63,388 bases of DNA, filler included, from Phoronis australis (GCA_002633005.1; 5 parts of 5 records of this genome joined end to end with filler, not necessarily neighbours in it), one strand, 5' to 3'. Counted from the first letter of the whole stretch, positions 49,968 to 62,860 are shown. Numbers and translations: made by a program. Notes: a model not told the origin generated them from the sequence alone.

Positions 49968-50797
49968 CTATCCAAGAGTAGAAACTAGCTCACTCAAGTC
50001 GGACAGATCCTTGACACAGGTTACCGAGTTGTCAAGACGTTTAATAAAAACTTTACCCACAAATGTCCAGCAGCTCAGAACAGACTTTCGCTTGACTAAA
50101 TCGCAGCATTTCCTGAAAACCTGCGCTCTTTTTGGGGTTAAGTTCTCGTTCACAAACAAAGGCTTGTCCGATTTGTACAATGCTTTTCGATTCACAATGA
50201 ACTTGGTTCTCGCATTGAAGGACACAAACTTCACAATGATAGGTCTTGGTTTACCTGAGGTAGAAGACTCGGGGGGTGCGCCAAGACGATGGCTGCGACT
50301 AATGTCTCTGATATCAATCTCGGCGCTCATACGCTTAGCAAGAGAAAGTATAATGTCATCCGTGTTCTCACCTCTTATCTCTTCATAACCACTTATTATG
50401 AGACTGTTTCGACGGCCATAGGCTTGTTGTTCATCCAACATAACTTCAAGGTTTTCGATCTTGTGCTCAAAATGACTCTTCATGGCGGCAGCCTCATTTT
50501 TCAAAACATCGATCTCACGGTCTTTGGCCTCTAAAAGCTCACGAATGGCAGTAGTTTGAGCAGAAACAAGCGATTGCAGTAATTCCGTGAAGAAACCTTT
50601 AATTTCGCTGTCTAGGAGCGCGTCTTTTATTTCTTGCTTGATGTCGAATCCTGACTGAGGCCCGGTGCCAGAGCTGGCCATTGGCTTTGATGTCAGAGGT
50701 GTTAGAGTAGATTGCTTCAATGGCTTGGCATTGGGTGTAGAAGCCTTTAACTCGGCACTGTCCTTACTAGCACGTCGTTTGTGAGCGACATCCATTA
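49968..50797 (-). CDS. LINE ORF1 protein (coiled coil plus L1-type RRM/CTD)
   Basis: EQQAYGRRNSLIISGYEE..ENTD..DISRSHRLG..PRPIIVKF..FVNENLTPKR..CWTFVGKVFIK. The start is probably the MDVAHKRR Met. Confidence 0.85.
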
Positions 50798-51795
50798 TGA
50801 AGAATAGTATGCAACAAATTTGACCCTCCGTAGAAACAGATATACCTCTCGAAACGGAGAAAACTTTCCCTGTTAGAATACATGTGTTGTCTCGGCCATA
50901 ACCGGAAATAGAGTATAAACCCATCTCCAATGTAACCCCGCCTTCATGTACAACCCCTACTTCATGTATATATATCCTGCCATTTATGGATTTTTCTTAC
51001 TTACCTGCCATCCCTAATGTTTCTGACCTGTAAAGCCAGTTGCAAAACTACATCCTCTTGGCTTTCAGTCCACATCTAATCGACTTGATCCTCTTTGTGG
51101 TTGTCTTCATGAGCACTAGCATAACTTCATATTTTGCTTTTTCTTTGTTCGTAACTTTTTGAAGCTGTATTTTTCTAATGAGATTTGTTATCTCAAATCA
51201 AACAGGCTTGTCAAGATGTACGTCCTTACTGATTTCTGAGTAAGTTGAAAACACAAATTGACTCAAAACTAGTGCATTAAAAGAATTCCAATCGCATTTT
51301 GGTTCATTAACAAAAACAACTTTCCCATTCAGTTCTCTTGAAACAAAATAACACCCTGTAATCCACGACAACTTTTAAAAGGTTGAAGCAAAGTCAGTAA
51401 ACTCCTTGTAAAGTCTGCTAAAGGGACACGTGACCTACGATTTAGGCGAGTTACATGACTGGGAAAGGCGACCCACCAAGAACTATAGTAACCAATCTTT
51501 GATACAGACGCTATGATTGTGTGCTTGTTGAATCCTGCTTTTATCATTCAAGTGAGATGACAGCAGGTGACAGAATGAGGTCAAAAATCACCAAAACAGG
51601 GTTTAGTGTATTTGTACTTTTAAACAGGACATAGTTGTGTACTGTTTTTAGGCTGACAGTTGAGATCTTGCGTTCTATGGTGTATGATCTCGCCAAATTC
51701 AGAAGGTTTATTGGATGTATTTCTACTTACAGATATTTGGTACTAGAGACATGTAGCTTTAACTACATTCCTATAAACTTTAATTTATTTTACAG

Positions 51796-52004
51796 CCTGA
51801 GTCCATGGCAGAGGAGTACTTCGCTGCCAATAATGGAGATGATATCACAAGTGACCGTACGCTTTCACGCTTAAAAAATCCCAGAATGGACCAGGAGACA
51901 ATGTGTCAGGCACTGAAAAATGTGGCAAATCAGTATCAGAGGGAGGTCTGGCTACTGATGGAAGAGCACAGAGCTTTGTTCACAAGTTGGATGTTTCAAT
52001 TGTG
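51796..52004 (+). CDS. ORC2: ORC2 (origin recognition complex subunit 2) exon
   Basis: AEEYF...TSDRTLSRLKNPRMDQET...LFTSWMFQL matches human EEYF..TSDRTL..LFHKWMLQL. Confidence 0.92.
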
Positions 52005-53466
52005 GTTTGTTGAATTATAAGTGTTATGGATGTTAAGTTCAATGAATATATAATGTTATTTACATATATTATGAGGAAGTCAAGGTGAGGAGGTTCCAAG
52101 GTACATGACAGCCCATCATATTATCAGCATACTTGTTCTATGTGTAATTCATTATTTGGCTGTTCAAGTGGTCATGCATTCCACATTGTAAAACTGTCAG
52201 AGATTGACTGTGGGTTTGTTTAAGGTAGCTATGCTCTGAGATTGTGCATAGATGGAGAGAGAATAATGAAATCCAGTAATTAATTTATTAAAGGATAACC
52301 ACTAACTAGACAAGTGAAACTTGTTGTTAATTCAGTAATGAAGTATAAAGAAGAGTAACTACACTAGCGCCCTCTTTAAAGATTACTTAAATGTCTTATC
52401 TGCTATTCAAGCTGTAGGACTCTCCACTTGTTGGATAACAGTCCTGTTGCTGAATCTTTGAACTACATACATTGTATTGCAACAGTATACTTGCTGGTCA
52501 CAGTGTCTGGTGACGCAACAGTTGCAGGCAGTTTCTTCTAGCCACGATTCTTATTGTTGGTCACAGTCTCTGGTGACACAACACTTCAGGCAGTATCTTA
52601 CTACCCACGATGCAAGTGACAAGCTCTTAGTTAACTTCCTGTTCGTTAACCCTGCCCTTTCCAAGATCCGCTTCAGAATCTTCCACGAGATGGCTCTGTT
52701 GTACAATTTGCTCTGTACACTGTAGCAAGTCTTTATGCTTCACTGTGGCTCATCTGAATATCTTCTTGGTTTTGGCCCATATTATAATATTCTACTTATT
52801 TAGTGATTGGCTAATAAAAACCACATGATCATATCCAATCATATTATTGGCTGTTACAATTTGTTCTCAGTAATGTCTAGAATCTCTAGAGTGCTTTGAC
52901 CCCAGAACCAAAGTTGTAAACACCATCTAAAAATAGATTTTGACGTTGAAGTACATGTCAGCAAGTTTGACCCCATGATTTAAAAGTACATATGCACAAA
53001 TTTTGGGCAACTTAAAATTGATCTATTCTGACTAATTACATATAATCAATATTTATTCTGACAAAGACATTATTTGTCTGTTCAAGTGTTTACGCAGACC
53101 ACAGTGTAAGACATTATTTGTCTGTTCAAGTGCTCATGCACGCCTGTCCTGTTTTTGTACATGCCTAAGTCAGCCAAACAACTATCCTCTTATCTTATGT
53201 GACTGTTTAACACATAAGTTCAGCCTACTAAATGTGCTCCAATAACTGTGGTCAATAGTCGGTACCAATAGTCTGACTCGTGACCAGTAACTGTAGTCAA
53301 TAGTCAGTACCTATAGGCTGACTTCTCCAGTAACTGCAATCAATAGCCAATACCTTAAGCCTGACTCTGTTCCAGGAACTCTTCCCAATGGTCAGATAGT
53401 ATCATATGTTACTTTGTAGTCCAGGATGTCACTAATATCTCAGAGTCTGCCATTTTCTGTTTTCAG

Positions 53467-53599
53467 CAATGGTTTCAACATCCTTGTGTATGGACTAGGT
53501 TCCAAGCGCCATCTGTTGGATCACTTCAGACAGTCATTTCTGCAAGATTTTCTCCATGTTGTCATTAATGGCTACTTTCCCAGTATTACCATTAAAAAT
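53467..53599 (+). CDS. ORC2: ORC2 exon
   Basis: [20 protein letters not shown]...[14 protein letters not shown]. Confidence 0.95.
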
Positions 53600-53689
53600 G
53601 TGAGTGTTAAATGAAAGGTTTACTTGATAATACTTGGAGAAATGTCATTGTTATCTCCAGCAAGTGAGACATTACATGGAAGGAAAGTG

Positions 53690-53830
53690 ACTTTGTGTTT
53701 GAGTGTGCATGTGTGTTTGAGTGTGAATGTGTGTTTGAGTGTGCATGTGTCTTTGATTGTGCATGTGTGTTTGAGTGTGCATGTGTCTTTGATTGTGCAT
53801 GTGTATTTGAGTGTGCATGTGTCTTTGAGT
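53690..53830. repeat. 18-bp GT-rich tandem repeat
   Basis: gtgtgcatgtgtgtttga variants, about 7 copies. Confidence 0.88.
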
Positions 53831-53839
53831 AGATGAACT

Positions 53840-54935
53840 CAAATTGTGATTTGTAGAAATGTTGAGGCATTCCTGCAAATTAGTCAAGGATCAATAACTG
53901 ATTTAAGTATGGAGGATGGTGAGGTGGAATCTTTTCATGAACAGTCAGCGGAGGGATGTATGTTTGAGCCTGAGTATAGTGAGGCAGAATACGCACTCCC
54001 ACTGGAGGGTGACGACAAGCTGCCCTCCTCAATGGGTGACGAACTGGGCCTGTATTCTCTCCCACTACTCAACATCACTGCAGCGCTTCTAACGGGCTCT
54101 TTGCTGAAGACAACGCCAGCACAGGGCGAATCACTGTTAGTTTCCAGAAGTGCAAGCTCTGGGGTTTGTTTGAAGGCACGGATGACAGTAGATGAAGGGC
54201 CTCAAGTCAGTGTAGAGGCCACAGCTCGCGAGGCTTCTCGCTTCAAAAATGCACTTCTTGGGGTGGGGGGAGGGGGGTACAGAAAGGGCATTGCCGGGAA
54301 TTAACAGCGATGGTATGGCATCCTTCTTCAGGTGTTGTTTTGCAGGAACCTTCATCAGTTCCGCATACATATCTCTTTCGTAATCTGACAGCAGGAAATG
54401 CTTGCCACACACTCTGTAATTCTCCACTGCTTTGTACGTAGTGCGAGCAGGTAACGCTATGTTCTTCACACTAACAAGCCAAGTACGGCGAAGTGTGTCA
54501 TCCGTTGGAAAACGATGTAAAAGCTTACCCAAAGTGCTCATGAAAAGATAATGAGTACACCCCAGCAGGCAGGAACCATGCGTCATGTTGACTGACTTGT
54601 AAACAAGCGCATATGACGACCCAACTTATGACAACCAATGTAAGACAATGATTGACAGCTCACACAGTCAGACTATATTAAAACAAAACAGCGGGAAATT
54701 CTTAACAATGTAAAGGTCACTTTTGGAAAAAGGCATGACTAATTAATTAAACTACGGGAAGCTGCAATTAGCTGAAAAATATGTCTGGGATAATCAACAA
54801 ACCGTATTTTTACTAATTTTACTAAACATGACATGAATAAGGTTGCTTTCTCCTTGCTATTTGTGGGCTAGTCATTGATAAGAAAATGTCCATGTGGGAT
54901 CTCTGGAGACCTCATGGTTTGAGTCGGACTTTTAT
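53840..54935 (-). mobile_element. Second internally deleted Kolobok-like element, in an ORC2 intron
   Basis: THAP ORF (-) converges on a KolX-like start (+, 53909: MEDGEVES..GCMFEPEYSEAE). A possible end is gagtcggactttat near 54935. The other end is not seen. Confidence 0.65.
54137..54586 (-). CDS. THAP zinc-finger domain ORF of Kolobok origin
   Basis: CLLGC..LHRFP..RRTW..RVCGKHF..LKKDAIPSL C2CH signature. Confidence 0.75.
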   Translation of the reverse strand: MTHGSCLLGCTHYLFMSTLGKLLHRFPTDDTLRRTWLVSVKNIALPARTTYKAVENYRVCGKHFLLSDYERDMYAELMKVPAKQHLKKDAIPSLLIPGNALSVPPSPHPKKCIFEARSLASCGLYTDLRPFIYCHPCLQTNPRACTSGN

Positions 54936-55061
54936 ACGAGTTTGTGAAGTGTGGTTGTGTCATTGATGTATGTACAGTATATGATAAAATTGCAGTCGCT
55001 GGTCTTGTTATCTTTTGAACTTTGAACACAGGACACATTTAACAATATTATAATGTTTCAG

Positions 55062-55158
55062 ATATTGACATGTATCACTGAAGACACTCTGGGCCTCACA
55101 TGTTCCTCTCTTAACCCAGTCGATCAGCTCGAGTTTCTCAGGCTTTATTTCCAGACTG
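55062..55158 (+). CDS. ORC2: ORC2 exon
   Basis: ILTCITEDTLG...DQLEFLRLYF (human VLNSITEEVLD..DQLDWI), phase compatible. Confidence 0.88.
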
Positions 55159-55394
55159 GTGAGTAATACTACAGTGAATCACGCTTGTGGTGTTTATTTT
55201 TGCAAGACAAACTGTTTAGTTATAAATCTCTATTTACTTTAGATTTTAAACTACTTGAAAATTGAAATCAATAGCAGGCCACTTACACCTTTCACAATCT
55301 GCCTCACACCTTTCGTCTCGACCATTGTGCCACCTCATTCCCATATCTCAATATCCAGAACATCTAGGGACCACAAATTAGAAAAGTCCGTATC

Positions 55395-56080
55395 TTACAA
55401 ACACAGGGTTGGCCGTCCCTTACAATCACCGGGTCGGCCGCCGACCCTTACAATCTCAGGGTTGGCCGTCTCTTACAATCTCAAGGTTTGCCGTCCCTTA
55501 CAATCACAGGGTTGGCTGTCCCTTATAATCTCAGGGTTGGCTGTCTCTTACAATCTCAAGGTTTGCCGTCCCTTACAATCACAGGGTTGGCCGTCCCTTA
55601 CAATCTCAAGGTTGGCCTCCCCTTACAATCACAGGGTTGGCCATCCCTTACAATCACCGGGTCGGCCGCCGACCCTTACAATCTCAGGGTTGGCCGTCTC
55701 TTACAATCTCAAGGTTTGCCGTCCCTTACAATCACAGGGTTGGCTGTCCCTTATAATCTCAGGGTTGGCTGTCTCTTACAATCTCAAGGTTTGCCGTCCC
55801 TTACAATCACAGGGTTGGCCGTCCCTTACAATCTCAAGGTTGGCCTCCCCTTACAATCACAGGGTTGGCCATCCCTTACAATCACCGGGTCGGCCGCCGA
55901 CCCTTACAATCTCAGGGTTGGCCGTCTCTTACAATCTCAAGGTTGGCCCTCCCTTACAATCACAGGGTTGGCCGTCCCTTACAATCTCAGGGTTGGCCGT
56001 CTCTTACAATCTCAAGGTTGGCCGTCCCTTACAATCTCAGGGTTGGCCGTCCCTTACGATCACAGGGTTGGCCGCCTCTT
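55395..56080. repeat. 25-bp minisatellite with a 228-bp higher-order period
   Basis: Unit cttacaatc(a/t)ca(g/a)ggttggccgtcc. The variant monomer caatcaccgggtcggccgccgaccc recurs at 55423, 55651 and 55879. Confidence 0.93.
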
Positions 56081-56281
56081 GCAGTGCAGTGTTAGTCATC
56101 CCTTACAAAACTTGCAAGTCATCTCTGAATTAATTAAAGCTGTATGTTGCAACCGATGTCATTAATTTTTAATGTAAATAGACCTGCCAGATCATTGGTT
56201 AGATCTGACGGTGTTTCTTTGACATGGGTTGTCAAGCAACAGATTTATTTCAAATTTTAAAAATCTTAATTATCTTTTCAG

Positions 56282-56425
56282 CCAAAGAACACCTGTATAT
56301 CGTTGTGCACAATATAGATGGACCACTTATGAGATCTGAAAAGGTCCAGGCTGTGCTAAGTCAGCTTGCAACCATTCCCAGAGTGCATTTCATTGCTTCC
56401 ATTGACCACATCAATGCACCTCTTG
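56282..56425 (+). CDS. ORC2: ORC2 exon
   Basis: LYIVVHNIDGPLMRSEKVQ...IASIDHINAPL. Confidence 0.95.
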
Positions 56426-57258
56426 GTAAGGAGAATGCTATGGGGTTGCAGTTAGTGTAGGCTTGGATATGCTTCAGATAGTATGGGCTTGACCACTATT
56501 GCAGACAGTGTAGGCTTGACTCAGCTTCACATACTGTGTGCTTGACTACTATTGGAGATAGTGTGGGTTTGACTCAGCTTGGTCACTCAACAGGTCAAGG
56601 TCACCAGCTTTACTAGGAAGTCGATCTTAGGTTAAGTGAGTCATCATTTGCACTAATTTCTTGTGAGGTATGCATCTACACAAAGGTCTCTCTGCTAATG
56701 TGCATACACAAATTGTTAAAGTGATTGCGCTCTTTTTATTGGCTAATCTAGTTCAAGCGAACGTCACATTAAATTGTAAGACAGAAGTAGTTAGACAAAG
56801 TAGTCATGACGGATAATTCTGTCGACAACAAAAATGTCTTGTAATAATTGGGCATCAAAATTCTAATTAACGTAATGACTTCACCGCTGTATTAAGTTAA
56901 TGATGTTGATTCACCTTTATTCTCAGTCATCAGGGGAGATAATTGTGATGATGAATTTGACTTTGACCTGCCGGTCATGAGGAGGATTTCCAGGTTATTT
57001 TGTTTGAATACTTTTGACTTATATTGTACGTATTGTGTTGTAGTTATAAATCCGTGTGAATTGGAAAGTCATTAACAGATATCGCATTTATTCAGGGTGC
57101 TGTTTATTGGAGAATCTTTCTTTGTCGTCTCTCAATGTTGGGAGTGGTTGACCAACTAAACACTTACCTTCACCATCTCATGTGCTCCATCTAAATGTAG
57201 TTCAAGTCTTGGTCTTCCACCAGCCTTACTGAGGTGTTGCCTCTTGTACTCATTTTAG

Positions 57259-57492
57259 TGTGGGACCAAACTCAGACCAGCCGGTTCAATTGGGTTTGGC
57301 ACGACACCACAACATTCATGCCGTACAGTGAAGAGACATCGTACGAGAACTCTCTTCTCGTTCAGCAGTCAGGGGCTCTAGCTCTCAGTTCACTCACGCA
57401 TGTTATGAGAAGTCTGACCCCTAATGCGAAGGGTATCTTCAAGTTGTTAGTGGTGTATCAATTGGAACATAGGGATAACTCTTCATATCTAG
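57259..57492 (+). CDS. ORC2: ORC2 exon
   Basis: [55 protein letters not shown]. Confidence 0.96.
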
Positions 57493-57779
57493 GTAGGTGG
57501 TGCATCTGTTCTGATTTAAGAATAACAGTTCATAATAACTTGGTGTATTTTTGTGGTATAAAGATAACTCATCGTGCATTTGTCTAGGTAGGCGGTGTAT
57601 CAGTTGTGATATAGGGAGAACTCTTCATATCTAGGTAATCATTTAGGTGTAGTGTGACCTTTGACCTCTTGTGCTGTCTATGAAACTAAATAATTCCTTG
57701 TCTGTGGAATGGATTGATAGTCTGAGGTCATCAAATGTTAGAAACAAATAAATAATATATTGAATAAATATAAACTGTA

Positions 57780-58170
57780 CGCTCAGCAAAAAAATTAAAG
57801 GAATCACTGAGAGCCTCTTGATGGCAATCCGCCATCTTGTTCACTCTGAGAATGTCCACTAGGTGTCGTTGGACCAGGGTTGAAGCATCAGCTGCTCATA
57901 ACATGGCTGTAAATTCTGTGAATTTGTTAGGCTATCCCCGACTGTCTCTATTAAAGCTGGAGCTGTGAACTGCAACATGAAGACTTCTTCACTCTCTGCT
58001 TGAACCAGTTAAAGTGAATGTAAAAGATTTTCACTTTAGCCTTGTCAATAGCTTGGCAGATGCTTCAACCCTGGTCCCACAACACCTAGTGGACATTCTC
58101 AGAATGAACAAGATGGCAGATTCCTATCGAAAGGCTCTCAATGATTCCTTTCATTTTTTTCCTGTGAGTA
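57780..58170. mobile_element. ~390-bp MITE with long TIRs (Tc1/mariner-like)
   Basis: Arms of about 110 bp (aaaggaatcactgagagcct...ccagggttgaagcatc and its reverse complement). TA at the left end. Confidence 0.78.
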
Positions 58171-58267
58171 TGGTTTATTTATTTTGTCTCAACCATAGCC
58201 GATTAGCTTCCATCAAGTATATTGTAGCTTGCTTCTGACCCATTAGATCATGTTATCACCAATTAAC

Positions 58268-58410
58268 TGTACATAGACCTGCCCTCTGTACTAAATGTAC
58301 ATAGACCTGCCCTCTGTACTAAATGTACATAGACCTGCCCTCTGTACTAAATGTACATAGACCTGCCCTCTGTACTAAATGTACATAGACCTGCCTTCTG
58401 TACTAAATGT
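58268..58410. repeat. 28-bp minisatellite
   Basis: tgtacatagacctgccctctgtactaaa, 5 copies. Confidence 0.93.
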
Positions 58411-58450
58411 CAGCGCATTTACCTTATTTGGCTTTTATTGTATTTTGTAG

Positions 58451-58569
58451 GCATGTCATTTCAAGATCTCTATCAGAAATGTCGAGAGGCGTTCTTAGTA
58501 AACAGCGATCTCACCCTACGGGCGCAGTTAACAGAGTTCAGAGATCATAAATTGATCCGATCACGCAAG
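58451..58569 (+). CDS. ORC2: ORC2 exon, winged-helix region; terminal exon not found
   Basis: [40 protein letters not shown]. Confidence 0.96.
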
Positions 58570-60028
58570 GTAGATCTTGTTTTTCTACATTAGATTAAGA
58601 AATAGGTCCACGCACAACCTTTATGTGGCAGAATGCAGTTATTCTGTGCACATATGTATAATTACATAATTATCAGGATGCATTTTGCTGTCATCTTGTT
58701 CATCCATCTAGCACTTGCTTCTGTATATTCAAAACCCCTGTGAGGGTGATTATTAAATTTGGAAGTTATGTATTCCTCTGAATCTGACAACAGATGACTA
58801 CTGTCAGACAGATCCAACAGTTGTGTCACATAATGCTATTTGCATTTGTTTCTATATCTTCCAACTGAAGTTACTTTCGGGGTCTTTATGAAATTTGGTG
58901 GATGTGTTCATATATACCTAATTGTTGATAGCAGTTCATAAATCATTCGCGAGGGTGGCACCCTGGTCACGCAAAGCAGTATGGGTAGTATTTTGGAGTT
59001 CACTGTCGGGAATATCATACTTGCAAACGATGGGTTATTGGATAAGCTAATTTTATTTGATATGCTTCTTGGGCTCAAAACATTTCTTCAGGATCTGGGC
59101 ATACAATTTAGAGCTCACAAAAAGCAAAAATTAGTTGAAAGTTGGTTCCATAGTCCGAAGGGCTCGAAGTGACAACTCTTTGGTTCACATAATTACCTTT
59201 TCACACCTTAAGTTTGTGAATTTATTGATTGGCAACAGATTGAAGCTTGCAATATCTGAAATCAGAATGCCACCTTGCTAACTAATTGAAAACTAATCTT
59301 TCAGAAAACATGGAAGTCACTGAAGTATCAAAAATGTAGATGCTAAGTTTTTAAAATGTCACCCTCTCTTACAAAATTGCATCTCTTATAAAAACAATGT
59401 TTTATTTGTTATAAATAATTGTCAATGCCTGTATTTAGGCACTGACCCTACGTAAGAAGCTACGGCTATATCCAAAATAAAGTGCTTGTTCCTATATGCA
59501 AACCAATTGAGTAAAAGAATCCTTCAACGGCTATGGCGCACCTCAACATTTAAAAATACGTAGTGCTATTTGAATCTCAGAATGCATTTCATATTTTTGG
59601 CAATGGTCACTCAGTACGCCTGGCCTACTACATGCTTCCACAGTAGTTAACATCCAGATTAAGCACTTATGTTTACTTTGCAGTTGGAAACTGTAGGCAT
59701 ATGTTAAAATCAATTAGAACATTCCAAAATGCACCACAAAAAAGGCTTCCCCGAAAGAGCGCCTAATTCAAAACAAGAAATTTGCATGAACCGGATTTTA
59801 CTGAAGTGTTTTGTGTCTTTTAAGAAAAATCTGCTGATGAAGTCAGTCTAAACTCAATCCTGTGTTTTACCCAATAAGTTAAACTTACAAAATGAATTCT
59901 AACTTTTGCATTTGTGACGATGAAAAACTTATGTTGATTAACATTTGATATTATTCATGCCAAGTGCTGTGGAGTGACATATTTTCACCGTTAATAGAAT
60001 ATTGTTGTTATATCTTGCGTATGGCATT

Positions 60029-60178
60029 CAGTTATGCCTAGTAATCAAACAGTTATGCCTAGTAATCAAACAGTTATGCCTAGTAATCAAACAGTTATGC
60101 CTAGTAATCAAACAGTTATGCCTAGTAATCAAACAGTTATGCCTAGTAATCAAACAGTTATGCCTAGTAATCAAAAAG
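60029..60178. repeat. 21-bp minisatellite running into a gap
   Basis: cagttatgcctagtaatcaaa, 7 copies. Confidence 0.95.
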
Positions 60179-60825
60179 TNNNNNNNNNNNNNNNNNNNNN
60201 NNNNNNNNNNNNNNNNNNNNNNNTTAATTAATTAANNNNNNNNNNNNNNNNNNNNNNNNNNNNNNNNNNNNNNNNNNNNGTCTTCTAGCACTGTATACTG
60301 CAACTGAGTCAGTTCAAGCAAGTCAAGGTGTGGCTATAAATCAATTAATTAGTCAACATTTTCAACAACAAACTATGAGAGTAAAGGGCACCATAGACTC
60401 GTAATACACTTTACAACTGGGCGTTGGCACCTGAGTGTGATATTAAGCAAACTGTTCCAGTTGTCCTGCAATACAATTACTATGTGTGATTACAGTCAGT
60501 GTCAAACATTCTTTGTTGAAGTAGAATTAGCTGAGCATACTGGACAACAGATGGAACATATTGGGACCAGGAAACACATGATGATGGAACAACAGGCTGG
60601 CCAGGGAACACACAAAGATGAAACAGACATGGAGGAAACCCCCACTGTTACGAATAGAATGAATACTGATTAACTTAATACTGGATGAACAGGTTCAGTG
60701 CAAAGATCATATAAACAGAATCAATAGCATCTTAGTTATACATGTAAAAGAGAAATGCAGAAGAAGAGTTCAGAGGTCAGCACACACAGGTCACTCAGAG
60801 GTCACTCAGAGGTCACTCAGTTTAC

Positions 60826-60927
60826 CCTCTTCCTCATCCGTTTCATCATCTGGTACAGAGTATTTTTTGGATTTCTTTTTCTTTTTTCTTTTTTTCTTTT
60901 TCACAGCAGCTAACCTTGAAGAAAGCT
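60826..60927 (-). CDS. Exon of the WD40 gene (Lys-rich, NLS-like)
   Basis: ELSSRLAAVKKKKRKKKKKSKKYSVPDDETDEEE, AG/GT, phase 1/1 matches the upstream exon. Confidence 0.65.
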
Positions 60928-60951
60928 CTGCAAGCCGACAACTTTATCAAA

Positions 60952-61205
60952 GACATGTGTCATGTATGACATGTGTCATGTATGACATGTGCCATGTATG
61001 ACATGTGTCATGTATGACATGTGTCATGTATGACATGTGCCATGTATGACATGTGCCATGTATGACATGTGCCATGTATGACATGTGCCATGTATGACAT
61101 GTGCCATATGACATGTGTCATGTATGACATGTGCCATGTATGACATGTGCCATGTATGACATGTGCCATGTATGACATGTGCCATGTATGACATGTGTCA
61201 TGTAA
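60952..61205. repeat. 16-bp minisatellite
   Basis: gacatgtg(c/t)catgtat, about 16 copies. Confidence 0.95.
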
Positions 61206-61770
61206 GACAATTTTCCTCTCACCAATCATCTCTAGTTCTCCAGCATAAATGATGGGGCATACCACTAATGGTGTCCAGGAATGACTGCCTAATTGTGACA
61301 AACAATGCCTAATTGTGGCAAAAACATTAACATCTTAAAGGATAAGAGACTGCATGTGTATATGACTGACCATAGGCCCCAACCTATGTAAGAATTTCAC
61401 CATGGACCTTCAACCTGTGTGAACAGATCATCACGGACCCCATCCTCTGTAAACAAGTCACCATGGACCTCCCATCCTATGTGAAGGCTTTACCATGGAC
61501 CCCCATGAGAACACCTCACCATAGACGCCATACTTGTACCAAACCAATCGTAACAACTTAGTCAACTTTCATTCTCACTTTACTACACAATTGACAGTAA
61601 AAAGTTGTAAATACTAATTATAATGTTCATAGCAGTCTATGAAGATCATAATTTTTAAGTGCAGCACAACAAAATGTTTACCTATGGGTAAATATGACTG
61701 ACAATTGTAAAGATAAATATGTCTCGGTCAGTGACTGTGATAGACATATGAAACATGAGCAATTGTTTAC

Positions 61771-62014
61771 CTTTGGTTAAACTAGACTGTGACAATCTTC
61801 TAAAGGTGCGTATATCTTGGTTAGTGACGGTGGCAGACATGCGTAAATCAAGCAGTGACAATGTAAGAGGCGTCTCCATGGGAGAGAAGTACGTCTCTGT
61901 GGGTGCCATGGAGATTTCCGACTCAGATATTTCCTCACTAACAACTTCCTCTTCAGGCTCAGTAACAACGTTGCCCGCCATGAAAGAATGGTCAAACACC
62001 AGGTCATAAGGTTT
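61771..62014 (-). CDS. Exon of the WD40 gene
   Basis: KPYDLVFDHSF...SEISMAPTETYFSP..., AG/GT, phase 0/1. Confidence 0.72.
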
Positions 62015-62317
62015 CTGGAACACAAGAACAAACAAAGTGAGTCATAGTACTGGAACTATTTTATGTAACTACGTTATAACAGTAAATTGGCAAAATATAA
62101 CTACTGTGTCAGCTCAAATATTTAAAAGATTTTTGAAGAATGTGATGTACGCAAAGACTTGCTATATTTAATGAATGTAACTTCCAAGAAATAAACTAAA
62201 AGATCTACAGATAAGACATCTTTGCAAAGTTTGCAAAGAAGATGAAAGAAATTGCTCCTGAACGTAGTACTCAAATGATACTTAAAAAGGAGGCATAGTT
62301 ACAAAAACTGAACTTAC

Positions 62318-62400
62318 CAAATACTTGTCCAAATTGAGAGGTTCAGGATCCACAGAAATGTTCTCGTACTTGACGTAAGGATCTTCATATATGTCGGACT
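62318..62400 (-). CDS. Exon of the WD40 gene
   Basis: ESDIYEDPYVKYENISVDPEPLNLDKYL, tttttag / gtaagt, phase 1/0. Confidence 0.75.
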
Positions 62401-62544
62401 CTAAAAAAAGGACAAAAATGTATTGCCACAATTTTAAGCATGAACCAGTAAGAATTTCTATACAAAAAGGTGCAATAAAAGAGACAGTTTTTGTGCCAGA
62501 CAATAAAAGACATAGTATATATTCCACCAGGTGTCACTACATAC

Positions 62545-62595
62545 CCTCTCCATCATCTTCCTCATCCTCATCCCTAATTGATATATTGTGCAGAA
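62545..62595 (-). CDS. Small acidic exon of the WD40 gene
   Basis: LHNISIRDEDEEDDGE, ttcag / gtatgt, phase 1/1. Confidence 0.65.
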
Positions 62596-62729
62596 CTGAA
62601 ATGAACAATCAATAAGATCAGCACTACAACCAACCAATCATTACTTTATTCATATTTATAATACACTTGTTATGACATGTGCCATCTGTATTGTAACATG
62701 ACACAAGGAACTTCACATGTGACATTCAA

Positions 62730-62860
62730 ATGTTCCATGTGAGAATGTTATGTTCCATGTGAGAATATAATGTCTCACATGAGAATGTAAAGTCTCACAT
62801 GAGATTATAATGTCGCATTTGATAATATAATGATTCATGTGAGAATGTAATGTCTCATGT
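62730..62860. repeat. ~20-bp degenerate tandem repeat
   Basis: atgtgagaatgtaatgtctc variants. Confidence 0.75.

Larger units (their letters stand above)
48123..50930 (-). mobile_element. 5' half of a CR1/L2-group LINE (ORF1 plus endonuclease); RT lost at the gap
   Basis: ORF1 with coiled coil and RRM-like motifs, followed by an APE endonuclease in the same orientation. Confidence 0.88.

Noticed and set aside
49714-50106. ~197-bp direct duplication of the LINE ORF1 3' end
   Set aside because: The copies abut a single N and differ slightly, so this is most likely an unmerged contig overlap between haplotypes or LINE copies.
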